DNA of 64,000 bases from an uncultured Chloroflexia bacterium. Lineage in GTDB: Bacteria; Chloroflexota; Anaerolineae; JAAYZQ01. Under the pieces are notes generated by a model. The model made no database searches. It was given only the letters and a program-made list of their open reading frames with translations, and was not told where the DNA came from. Location: positions 466,249-530,248 of the forward strand of contig CAWANP010000012.1 in NCBI GenBank assembly GCA_963783445.1. Reading direction: 5' to 3'. Made by a program: the position numbers and the translations under genes. Shown here piece by piece: positions 54,164 to 64,000 of this stretch (within the stretch, counting starts at the first letter, position 1; each line of letters starts with the position of its first letter).

Positions 54164-54459
54164 GGCCTGCGTACGCAGTTTGTGAGGTGCTGTCAGGAAA
54201 GTTCTGATTCTCACCTCTCCTGGCAAGCGGCATATCACGCCTATAATTGGCGGCAGGCAGGGCGGCCTGTCCAGAAGGGTATGGGGCCGCCCACCGCGCA
54301 GAACTCTGAGGAAAGGGCCTCGGTCACAAAGTCGATTGGGTCTTGCGAGAGTCAGATTGTCTGTCACCATTCAGCGGCCAACCTCGCAGACCCCTTTTTT
54401 GTTGGCGGAAATGCTAGATGGCCATTCTTTTGCCAATAAGCTGATAGGAGAAGCTCAGA

Positions 54460-54991
54460 TGTGTACGACGGACGACAAGGCAATCGATCTTATCTTGATG
54501 AGTCCGATCTTTGAAAAGTACCGGGCGCAAAAGGGGACTCTGATCCCCATCCTGCAAAGTCGCAGGATATCTATGGCTACTTGCCGCCTGAGGTCTTGCA
54601 GCTCATTGCCGACCAGCTCGGTGTGGCGTTGGGCAAGGTCTATGGCGTGGCGACTTTCTACTCCCAGTTCTACCTGGAACCCAGAGGCAGGCACGTGCTC
54701 AAGCTGTGTGATGGGACTGCCTGTCACGTCAAGGGCACGCCCATGCTGGCTACCGCCATCGAACACGCGTATGGTATCAGCCCGGGGGAGACATCCGAGG
54801 ATGGCGAGCTCACGATGGAGCTCGTTTACTGTGTCGGGTCGTGTGCGCTGGCTCCTGTAACGGTGCTGGATGACCAGGTGATCGGGCGGGTACAGCCGGA
54901 AGCGCTGGTCCGCCGTTTGAGGAAAGAGATCGCCAAGGGACAAGAAAGCATCGGGCGACTGAGAAGGATAGAAAGGAAGCTTGACGAATGA
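54460..54991 (+). CDS. NuoE/HoxE-like 2Fe-2S thioredoxin-fold subunit (FdsG-like); one frameshift ~54570
   Basis: AGGAGAAG RBS + ATG 54460; …LCDGTACHVKG…CVGSCALAPV… NuoE Cys motifs. Confidence 0.75.
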
Positions 54992-56830
54992 AGGTTCCGG
55001 AGACAGCGACCGTGTCAGATGTCGCGGACAGCGCAGCAGATACAACGCCCTGGACGATCTCCGTCTGTATGGGTACAGGTTGTACCTCCTCTGCCAGCAC
55101 AGAACTGCGCGAGGCTTTGCGGGAGGAAGCTGGAAAACATGACCTCGAAGGGCAGGTCGAAGTCCGGCGTACCGGCTGCTTTGGGTTCTGCGAGCAGGGC
55201 CCCATCGTGATTGTCCAGCCCGGGGAGATCTTTTATTGCAGGGTCAAGCCGCGCGATGCCAAGGCAATCATTGAGCAGCATATTCTGGGCCGCCAGTTGG
55301 TGGACCGGCTCCTGTTCCGTGACCCGTCAAGCGGCGAGTCGATAGAGCGCTGGCACGACATTGGCTTCTATGGCAAGCAGCAGCGCATCCTTCTCGGGAA
55401 CTGTGGCGTCATCGATCCCGAAAACGTGAACCACTACCTGGAGCGCGAGGGATACCAGGCGCTCCGCAAGGCATTGACCGAGATGACACCGGAAGAGGTG
55501 ATCCAGGAGGTTCTCGACTCAGGTCTGCGCGGGCGCGGCGGGGCTGGATTTCCCGCTGGACTCAAGTGGCGCTTTGCCCGACAGACTCAGAGTTGGCCCA
55601 AGTATGTCATCTGCAATGCCGATGAAGGCGACCCCGGTGCATTCATGGACCGCTCGGTGCTGGAGGGCGACCCACACCTGGTCATCGAAGGCATGATCAT
55701 TGCCGGATATGCCATCGGCGCTCAGTACGGCTATGTCTACTGCCGCGCCGAGTACCCGCTGGCCATCCGCCGCTTCGAGCGCGCGCTGGTCCAGGCCCGC
55801 GAACTGGGAATGCTGGGCAAGAATATACTGGGATCCGGCTTTGACTTTGACATCATCGTCAAAGAGGGGGCGGGGGCGTTCGTGTGCGGAGAAGAAACGG
55901 CGCTTATGGCTTCGATTCAGGGAGACCGCGGGCAGCCCTGGCCGCGGCCGCCCTATCCTGCCGTCGCTGGCCTGTGGAAACAACCCAGCAATGTCAACAA
56001 TGTCAAGAGTTACGGCTACACACCACACATCATCCGCAAGGGTGCCGAGTGGTTCAAGAGCCTTGGCACCGAGGACAGTCCTGGTACTGCCGTCTTTGCC
56101 CTGACGGGCATGGTGAACTGCACCGGCCTGATCGAGGTCCCCATGGGGATCACGCTGCGCGAGATCATCTACGACGTGGGCGGTGGCATCCCAGAGGGAA
56201 AACGCTTCAAAGGCGTGCAGACCGGCGGCCCTCTGGGTGGTTGTCTGCCCGAAGAGCACCTGGATACGCCAGTGGACTTTGATTCCCTGGTCGCTGCCGG
56301 CTCCGTCATGGGCTCCGGCGGCATGATCGTCGCCGACGAGAGTACCTGTATGGTCGAGTTTGCCAAGTACTTTATGCAATTTGTTTGCGACGAGAGTTGC
56401 GGCAAATGCCCACCCTGCCGTACCGGCAGCATCCGCATGCTGGAGGTTCTGGAGCGCATCACGGCCGGTGAAGGGAAACCCGGGGACCTGGACGAGATCC
56501 GGCGGCTGGCGGAGGGCATCGAGAAGGGCTCTCTGTGCGCGCTGGGCCAATTGGCCCCTGCTCCCGTGATGTCCACCTTGCAGCATTTTGAGGAGGAATA
56601 CCGGCAGCATATCGAAGAAGGACGTTGCCCGGCTGGCAAGTGCAGCGCCTTGATCAGGTTTGAGATTATTGCCGACCTCTGTACCGGCTGTACCTTGTGC
56701 GCACGGAACTGTCCCAGCAACGCTATCAGCGGCGAAAGGAAAGAAGCGCACATTCATCGATCAAGCGCTGTGCGTGCAGTGCGGTATGTGCAAAGAGGTC
56801 TGCAAGTTCGACGCCGTCGTGGTTTACTAA
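54988..56830 (+). CDS. NuoF-like NAD(H)/FMN-binding Fe-S subunit (FdsB-like) with N-terminal 2Fe-2S domain and C-terminal 2x[4Fe-4S] ferredoxin; C-terminal frameshift ~56745
   Basis: GRGGAGFPAGLKW FMN/NADH motif, ESCGKCPPCR, CTGCTLCARNCP; true C-terminus …CVQCGMCKEVCKFDAVVVY* in other frame. Confidence 0.8.
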
Positions 56831-56848
56831 TCGGAGCGGGGTAAGCAA

Positions 56849-59662
56849 ATGAATGTAGAACTGACCATCAACGGAAAAAAGGTTACAGCCCCCGAGGGCA
56901 GCACCATCCTGGAAGCTGCGCGCCTGGCAGGTATCCAGATCCCTACGCTCTGCCACCATCCTGACCTGACCAACGTGGGCGCCTGCCGCCTGTGCGTCGT
57001 CGCGGTGGAGAGGGCGCGGACGCTGCAAACTGCCTGTACGACGCCTATCTCGGCAGGGATGGTCGTGAACACCGAGAGCGAAGAGGTGCGCGCGACCCGC
57101 AAATTCGTACTGGAGATGCTGCTGACCGACCATCCCAATGACTGCATGACCTGCGAGGTGAACGGCGACTGTGAACTGCAGGACCTGGTCTACGACTATG
57201 GCGTCGAGTGGCCCGAACACAGCGGTCAGCGCCACAGCCTACGAAATCGATTCGGACCCGAATCCTTTTGTGTTCGTCGATCGCAACAAGTGCATCGTTT
57301 GCGGCCGCTGTATCCGGGCCTGCAGCGAGATTCAAAACCGCGATGTCTGGAACTTTGCCCAGCGCGGCTTTGAGACCAAGCTCGTCGCCGGCGCCGACCA
57401 GCTCATGCTCGACGCCCGTTGCGAAAGCTGTGGCCAGTGTGTGGCCTATTGCCCCGTCGGCGCCCTGCACGACAAGATGAGCCTGGGCCTGGGGCGGCCC
57501 AACCAGGTCAGCAAAGTGCGGACGACCTGCTCCTATTGCGGCGTGGGCTGCACCTTTGACCTGAACGTGCGCGACGGCAAGGTCGTGCGCGTTACCAGCT
57601 GCTGAGGATGCGCCGGTCAACGGTTTGTCGCTCTGTGTCAAAGGCCGCTACGGCTACGACTACATACACCACCCCGACCGCCTGACCCGGCCTCTGGTGC
57701 GGGCCAAGTGGCTGGCCGGTGTGCAAGAGAGATTGGCCAGCGGTGAGTGGCGAGTGGCGGATTCCCAATCCCCAACTCCCAATCCTGATGATCTTGTCGA
57801 AACCGACTGGGATACCGCGCTGGACCTGGTAGCCAACCGCTTCGCCGAGGTCAAACAGGAACATGGCAGCGATGCTTTTGCCGTGCTGGCTTCGGCCAAG
57901 TGCACCAACGAGGAGAACTATCTCTTTAACAAGTTCACGCGGCAGATCCTGGCCACCAATACCATCGACCACTGTGCTCGCCTCTGACACAGCGCCACCG
58001 TCGCCGGTCTGGTGACAAGCTTTGGCAGCGGCGCGATGACCAACTCCATCCGCGATATCGCCCAGGAGAGCGAGTGCTTCTTTATCATCGGCAGCAATAC
58101 CACCGAGCAACACCCGGTCATCGGAACCAAGATCCGGCAGGCGGTGCGGTACCGTGGGGCCAAGCTCATCGTGGCCGATCCCCGTCGCATTGATATCGCC
58201 GACTATGCCGACCTGTTCTTGCAGCACAAACCGGGCACCGACATTGCCCTGCTCAACGGCCTGATGCACGTCATCCTCCGTGAAGGTTGGCAGGATGAGG
58301 CATTTATCGCCGAGCGAACCGAGAACTTTGAAGCATTCAGAGCCACCGTTGAGGAATACACTCCCGAGGTGGCCAGCCAGATCTGTGGCGTGCCGGCCAA
58401 AGAGATCGAAAAGGCGGCCAGGATGCTGGCCGAAAACCGGCCCGGTTCCCTATTCTACGCGATGGGTATCACCCAGCACATGGATCGGCGTGGCCAACGT
58501 AATGAGCTGCGCCAACCTGCAGATGCTGCTGGGCAACATGGGGGTGCCAGGGGGAGGCGTGAATCCTCTGCGCGGCCAAAACAACGTCCAGGGCGCCTGC
58601 GACATGGGTGGTCTGCCCAACGTTTACCCCGGCTACCAACCGGTGACCTCCCCGCCTGTCCAGAGAAAATTTGAGAAAGCCTGGGGTGTGCCCTTGTCGA
58701 ACCGGGTCGGGCTGACCGTCACCGAGATGCTTCACGCTGCCGAGGAAGGAGCCGTACGCTGCCTGTACGTCATCGGCGAGAACCCGATGACCAGCGATCC
58801 AGACCTGAATCACGTGCGCCATGCCCTCCAAGAGACCGAGTTTCTGGTGTTGCAGGACATCTTTTTGACCGAAACGGCCCCCTTTGCCGACGTGATTTTC
58901 CCAGCAGCCAGTTTTGCCGAAAAGAACGGTACCTTTACCAACACCGAGCGGCGGGTGCAGTTGGTACGCCGGGCCATCGATCCGCCCGGCGAGGCCCGCT
59001 CGGATTCCTGGATCATCACCGAGCTGGCCCGGCGCCTGCTTGAACTCGGGGCGGCATTGCCTGATCCGGACGCGCCCCACGCTGGTTGGGACTATGCCTC
59101 CACCTCTGACGTGCTGGCCGAGATCAACGCCCTGTCGCCCATCTATGCCGGTATCACCCCCGAGCGGCTGGCCATGGGCGAACAGCTCCAATGGCCTGTG
59201 CCCACTGCCGAGCACCCCGGCACGCCCATTCTGCATGTGGGCAGATTCAGCCGCGGGGTGGGCCGTTTTGCCGCGGTGGATTACGCCGAGGCAGACGAGC
59301 TGCCCGACGACGACTACCCGTTGATGTTGACCACCGGACGCGTGCTCTATCACTGGCACGGCGGCGAGATGACACGCCGCGCCCGTGGTCTGGCGGAGGT
59401 TTATCCCGAGGCGCTGATCGAAATCCATCCCCATGATGCCCACAAAGTGGGGATCGTGGATGGCAATATGATGAAGGTCGCTTCGCGCCGGGGTGAGATC
59501 GTGGCCAAAGCCGAGGTGACCGACCGGGTGGAGCCGGGATTGATCTTCTCCACCTTTCACTTTCCCGAGTCGGCGGCCAACTTCCTGACCAACCCGGCCC
59601 TGGACCCGGTGGCCAAGATCCCCGAATTCAAGGTCTGTGCGGTCAAGGTGGAAGCCGTATAG
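56849..59662 (+). CDS. formate dehydrogenase catalytic (alpha) subunit, NuoG-like N-terminus + Mo-bisPGD domain, selenocysteine (TGA ~57985); 3 frameshifts
   Basis: 2Fe-2S/4Fe-4S N-terminal Cys clusters; [12 protein letters not shown] Mo-domain 4Fe-4S; active-site [18 protein letters not shown] (Sec-His pair of FdhF-type enzymes); pieces in ORFs 56849-57373, 57171-57605, 57625-57987, 58012-58674, 58280-59662. Confidence 0.8.
57988..58045 (+). promoter_or_regulatory. SECIS-like stem-loop downstream of the Sec UGA
   Basis: GCGCC…GUCGCC-GGUCU-GGUGAC…GGCGC; apical GGUCUG matches E. coli fdhF SECIS loop. Confidence 0.5.
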
Positions 59663-59674
59663 AGGAGGCGTCGA

Positions 59675-60166
59675 ATGGACATTCGCAAGATCTACGAGTA
59701 TGCGTTGCAGCGCGAGCATGAGGGCAAGCGTTTCTTTGCCGAAAACGCCGAGCGATTGAGCCACGCCGCGGCAGCGGGTGCCTTCAGGCAGCTAGCGGCC
59801 GAGGAGCAAACGCATATCAACTTTATCCAGGCCCAACTCGATGCCATGGACATGGGCGAACAACCCAGTATCTCCATGGGCATCGAGCTGGAGCAGGATG
59901 GCTTCTTTTCTCAACGGGCCGAGTCCGAGATGCTCGACCAGACCGTAGTGGAGGCCATGGTACCCGACTTGCCTGTGCTGCGCATGGCCTACTTGATCGA
60001 GCGCGATTTCGCCGAGTTCTACGAAATGGCCGCTGAAAAGTCCGAAGGTGAGGCGAAAGAGGTCCTGGCAATGTTGGCCACGTGGGAGCGCGGCCACGAA
60101 AGGCTGTTCAAGGGCCTTCATGACCAGGCATTTGAGGAATACGCCCAAATGCCTTGGGGGGGCTGA
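59675..60166 (+). CDS. ferritin-like/rubrerythrin-family diiron protein (no rubredoxin domain)
   Basis: paired E…ExxH-like helices (…LAAEEQTHINFI…, …LATWERGHERLF…); GGAGG RBS. Confidence 0.55.
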   Translation: MDIRKIYEYALQREHEGKRFFAENAERLSHAAAAGAFRQLAAEEQTHINFIQAQLDAMDMGEQPSISMGIELEQDGFFSQRAESEMLDQTVVEAMVPDLPVLRMAYLIERDFAEFYEMAAEKSEGEAKEVLAMLATWERGHERLFKGLHDQAFEEYAQMPWGG

Positions 60167-60266
60167 GCTTCCCGCTCTGCGCCCTGCTCGGTCCTGGACT
60201 CCAGGCTGCCTGGGTATGGCTGGCACAAGTATCACCGATGCCAGAACGGAACTCCGCCTGGCGTCA

Positions 60267-60305
60267 AGAGTGAGGGACATCCCTTTCTGGGATGTCCCTC
60301 ACTCT
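60267..60305. terminator. perfect 17-bp stem / 5-nt loop hairpin (no U-tract), at 3' end of ClC gene
   Basis: agagtgagggacatccc-tttct-gggatgtccctcactct. Confidence 0.4.
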
Positions 60306-62409
60306 GCATCTGGCGAAGGAGCGTCTGCGTTGTCGCGGTCCTTATCCGCGACCAGAAGCTGCTGTACCCTTGGGGCGCACTCGGAATCGACAAAGACAGT
60401 TACCCGGTCTCCGCTTTTCAGCGCCGTGTAGCCATGGGCCATGTGTAGCTTGCGGCCTCGCCGCACCGAGATGATCAGGCACTCTTCAGGCAAGTCGAGT
60501 TCGCTGATCCGCTGCCCAACAGCGGGCGAGGTAGCAGGAATCCTCAGTGAAGAAAGCTGGTACCATCAACCTGGCCCAGGCGCAGCACCTCAGCCTGGTG
60601 CTGGTGGTGGGCGCGTGCGGCGATGGCTTGGTCGTAGGCGCGGATGATGTCGACACGACGCACCGTCCCTACCAGTCGCCTGGATCCTTCCTCCTCGACT
60701 ACGGGTAACCGGCCCACATCGCGACGACCCAACTGGCGCAATGCCTTCCACATTGGCTCGTAGGGATAAGCAACCAAGAGGTCACTCCGTGTCGCAATAT
60801 CGGCCACTGTCTTGCCGGTAGTGGCACCCGCCGCCCTGGCTCGTTCCAGGTCCTGGATGCTAACCACGCCCGCCAATTCACCGGCCTCATCCACGACGGG
60901 AAAGCCATGATGGTGGGTACGCGCGAACACGGTGGCCAGTTCGTCCAGCGACATGTCCAGCGAGACCGTATCCACCTCGGTGGTCATCGCCTCGCGCACC
61001 GTGATCCCCTGCATGACGTCAATGTCCTGGCCCTGGCTCAGATGGACCCCTCGCCGGGTGAGTTTGAGTGTGTAGATCGAATCGCTGCTGATGAGGCGGG
61101 AGACGAGTGTGCTCATGACCGTTGTCAGCATGAGCGGCAGAATGATGTGATAGTCCCCCGTCATTTCAAACAGGATGAGGATGGATGTGATGGGTGCGTG
61201 GGCCGCACCCGTAAAGAAGGCGGACATACCTACCAGGGCGTAGGCGCCCGGGGGAGCCGTGATGGCCGGAAAGAGGGTATGGACCACCACGCCAAAAGCC
61301 TCTCCCAGCATGGCCCCCATAAAGAGAGACGGAGCAAAGATTCCACCAGAACCGCCAGAGCCGAGGGTAATGATCGTGGCCAGAATTTTCGCCAAGAGCA
61401 GCACCACGGCCATCTGCAATGCCAGTTCGCCAAACAGAGCCTGGGTTATGGTAGGATAGCCAACGCCAAAGACCCGGGGAAAACCATCGATCTTGGGGGT
61501 GAGGATACCCACGACTCCCAGAAGTACGCCGCCAAGTACAGGCTTAAAGTACTCGGGGAAGCGCAACTTGTCCCATAGATCCTCGGAGAGGTACAGCAGG
61601 CGGGTGAATCCCACGGCAGCCAGGGCAGCCAGCAGCGCCAGCATCGTGTAGAAAAGCAGCTCCCAGGGGCTGACCAGAATGTAATCCGGGACCACAAAGG
61701 TGCTCAGGTCACCTTCAAAGGCGTGGGCGACGACGTCTGCCACCACGGCCGAGATGACGACCGCCCCAAAATAGGTGGCGTGGAACTGGCCCAGGATCAC
61801 CTCCAGGGCAAAGACAGATCCGGCGATGGGGGCGTTGAATGTGGCCGCGATGCCGCCCGCCGCGCCGCAGGCCACCAGGTTGCGAACCCGGTCATCCGAA
61901 AGACGAAATAGCTGGCCGACGGCGGAGCCCAGCGCTGACCCGATCTGGGCGATGGGGCCCTCCCGCCCGACTGAACCACCGGTACCGATGCAGATGGCTG
62001 AAGCCAGCGACTTGACGATGGCTACCCGGGGCCGGATGCGGCCCCCACGCAGGGCAACAGCCTCCATGACCTCCGGCACACCGTGGCCCTTGGCCTCGCG
62101 GGCAAAGCGATAGATGAGCGGCCCAAAGATCGCGCCGCCCAGGGCCGGGATGATGAGAAGATAGAAGGGATAAATCCCCTCCATGGCCCCAGCCAGGCCA
62201 CCGTAGGCCAGCCGGTGCACGCCCTCAATGAGCCGTCGAAAGACGACAGCGCCCAAGCCGGCGCCGATGCCCACAATGACGGCTGTAAACAGGATGACGC
62301 CTGACTCGGAGAGCCTGCGCTGGTCCAGCCAGCGCGGCAGGCGTTGCCGCCACTGGTGCTTGCTGGACTGGCCAGCATGCTCACGAAAAGATGAAGAAAA
62401 GCCCGCCAT
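60299..62409 (-). CDS. ClC-family chloride channel/transporter with two CBS domains and a C-terminal RCK_C (TrkA-C)-like domain joined via a frameshift (~60530)
   Basis: GSGIP/GREGP ClC selectivity motifs (…GTGGSVGREGP…, …GGIFAPSL…); CBS pair; small ORF 60299-60493 frame is open upstream and reads …PAVGQRISELDLPEECLIISVRRGRKLHMAHGYTALKSGDRVTVFV… (RCK_C-like). Confidence 0.7.
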
Positions 62410-62557
62410 TGCGATCCCTCCCGCGAGAGGCTACTTGCTGCAAGGGTAGACCGGCACCCCTGTCAGCCCGGATATCACCATCGGCGCCAGCCCTGGCAGG
62501 CGTTGTCAGGGCTCATAGCGCTCTGGCAGCGGAAGCACAATACCTGGCCCGAAGACG

Positions 62558-62583
62558 AAAGCCATCCCAATTGGGATGGCTTT
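62558..62583. terminator. palindromic terminator after rplL
   Basis: aaagccatcccaattgggatggcttt. Confidence 0.5.
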
Positions 62584-62608
62584 CATTCTGTGCTTTACAG
62601 TAGCCTGG

Positions 62609-62998
62609 CTAGACGATCTCGACGACTGCGTCCTGCTCTTTGAGCGCATTGGCCGCTGTTTCAGCCTGTTCCTTCGGCGCGCCTTCCAGGACTTTGGCCG
62701 GAGCACTATCGACCAATTCCTTGGCCTCTTTCAAGCCCAGGTCGCTGCGGAAGGTGCGTACAGCCTTGATGACCTGGATCTTTTTGGGACCGATCTCCTT
62801 CAAGAGTACGTCGAATTCGGTCTTTTCTTCCTCTTCCTCTGCGGCTTCAGCTCCACCCACTGCCGGCATGCCGGCCATGGCCATCGGCGCTGCTGCCGAG
62901 ACGCCCCACTTGTCCTGCAACATCTTTGACAATTCGGCTGCTTCCAACAGCGTTAGCTCGTCCAGAGCCTCCGCTAGTTTTTCCAGTTTCTCAGACAT
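62609..62998 (-). CDS. rplL: 50S ribosomal protein L7/L12
   Basis: …[24 protein letters not shown]…LKEAKELVD… canonical L7/L12. Confidence 0.95.
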   Translation of the reverse strand: MSEKLEKLAEALDELTLLEAAELSKMLQDKWGVSAAAPMAMAGMPAVGGAEAAEEEEEKTEFDVLLKEIGPKKIQVIKAVRTFRSDLGLKEAKELVDSAPAKVLEGAPKEQAETAANALKEQDAVVEIV

Positions 62999-63050
62999 TG
63001 TGTCTTTTCCTCCTTAGCTTTCTAGTATTCGAGTCTGTTTGCTCTTTGGG

Positions 63051-63596
63051 TCAAGCCGCGGCTTCCGTCGCGGAGTCTGTGCCTTGATCAGCTCGTGCCT
63101 GCAAGACCTGTACCAGTTCGCGCACGGGCGCGACAATGGTGCTTGCCACGCCGCTCATTGGCCCCTGTATGGCTCCCAGCACCTGAGCCAGGAGGATCTC
63201 GCGGGGTGGCAGAGCCGCCAGGCTCTGAACCCTGCTGACGTCGAGGAAATCAGTACCGAGAACCGCCCCCCTGATTCGCAGCACACTGGACTTCTTGGCA
63301 AGGTCTGTCAGCGTTTTGGCAATGGGCGGAACCTCTTCCTGGCAATAGCCAACGGCAATCGTACCGTCAAGCTGCTCAGACGGGACCGAGACTTTGGCTC
63401 GCTCCAGGGCCAGCTTGAACAGCGTGTTCTTGACTATCTGGAAGGTGCCGCTGTCTTCCCGCAACTTGTTGCGCAGTTCTGTTAGGTCTGCAACAGTCAG
63501 CCCCCGGTAATCCGTGAGGATCAGTGCCTGGCTGTTGGACATCCTATCGACATAGTCCGCCACCATCTGTTTCTTCTTTTCCTTGGTAATGGCCAA
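63051..63596 (-). CDS. rplJ: 50S ribosomal protein L10
   Basis: canonical L10 sequence; upstream of rplL. Confidence 0.95.
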   Translation of the reverse strand: MAITKEKKKQMVADYVDRMSNSQALILTDYRGLTVADLTELRNKLREDSGTFQIVKNTLFKLALERAKVSVPSEQLDGTIAVGYCQEEVPPIAKTLTDLAKKSSVLRIRGAVLGTDFLDVSRVQSLAALPPREILLAQVLGAIQGPMSGVASTIVAPVRELVQVLQARADQGTDSATEAAA

Positions 63597-63860
63597 TCTA
63601 TCTCACCTCCTTCGTTCTGAACGTTCTCTCAAGAAACGCTTTCTTGTTCCTTGTCCTTTTGCGAAAGCCCCAGTGGAATCAAAAAAGCCCTTGCGCTACC
63701 GCTGCAAAGGCTCTTGCCCAAGCGTTTGGGATCGAAATGCCAAACCCCGCCTTCAAGGGCTCTCACTCACTTTGCCTCGGCAGGCCACACCGTTTGAGCG
63801 CCAGTTGGCGCACCTGCTGTCTTGGGCGTGATGCAGTTGTCAGAGTACGGTTCGCAGAGT
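63597..63860 (-). promoter_or_regulatory. L10 (rplJ) leader region, candidate autoregulatory leader
   Basis: ~260-nt untranslated spacer between rplA and rplJ as in other bacteria; structure not verified. Confidence 0.35.
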
Positions 63861-64000
63861 CTAGGCCGTCTTCATGGCCATCGCCAACATCGGATCTATG
63901 CGGATGCCAGGCCCCATCGTGTTGGTTACCGTCACCTTGCCGATATAGGTGCCCTTTGAAGCAGCAGGACGGGACTTGACGATGGCTTCCATGATAGTTG
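63861..64000 (-). CDS. rplA: 50S ribosomal protein L1, C-terminal part (gene continues beyond window)
   Basis: …[36 protein letters not shown]… L1 C-terminus. Confidence 0.85.
   Translation of the reverse strand, partial: TIMEAIVKSRPAASKGTYIGKVTVTNTMGPGIRIDPMLAMAMKTA

Noticed and set aside
55519-56757. 412-aa minus-strand ORF
   Set aside because: Antisense to the NuoF-like gene.
57985-57987. TGA in fdhA read as a pseudogenising stop
   Set aside because: It sits precisely at the conserved Sec position (DHCARL-U-H) and is followed by a SECIS-like hairpin. It is interpreted as selenocysteine, pending genomic sel genes.
58469-59764. 431-aa minus-strand ORF
   Set aside because: Antisense to fdhA.

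Overview
This is a 64-kb, GC-rich bacterial chromosomal window; gene content suggests a Chloroflexi-like organism (low confidence). It is a mostly housekeeping region with local synteny resembling the Firmicutes/Chloroflexi arrangement ileS–ylyA-like–lspA–rluD, gap–pgk and yvcK-like. About 55 genes can be supported. There are no rRNA or tRNA genes, no CRISPR array and no intact mobile element.

Main supported features:
- An isoleucine T-box riboswitch (T-box sequence AGGGUGGUACCGCGG, intrinsic terminator, AUC specifier candidate). It heads an operon: unknown protein – AlaX-like trans-editing protein – ileS – a full-length but catalytically degenerate IleRS paralog.
- The real ileS is broken by at least 10 single-base frameshifts, while the paralog 108 bp downstream is intact.
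- Two tandem PPK2 polyphosphate kinases, one with a poly-Lys tail and one with a poly-Asp/Glu tail, next to a CYTH-CHAD protein.
- A conserved hypothetical cassette: SCO1664-family kinase-like protein, DUF3090 and a histidine phosphatase, followed by an MBL-fold hydrolase and a DAG-kinase-like lipid kinase.
- A fused membrane HdrE(NarI-like)–HdrD(CCG) protein adjacent to a GcvH-like lipoyl-carrier gene.
- A NuoE/NuoF/FdhA-type NAD-linked formate dehydrogenase. Its catalytic subunit carries an in-frame TGA at the canonical selenocysteine position (DHCARL-U-HSATV) followed by a SECIS-like hairpin with a GGUCUG loop.
- Several large secreted or membrane proteins: GerMN–amidase_3–FN3–GHL10 (about 1,600 aa), PT-rich anchored proteins, and an MFS transporter with an inserted soluble domain.

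Single-nucleotide frameshifts are pervasive (about 25 in the window). This looks like indel-type assembly error, but genuine pseudogenisation cannot be excluded from sequence alone. All coordinates are ±2 nt.
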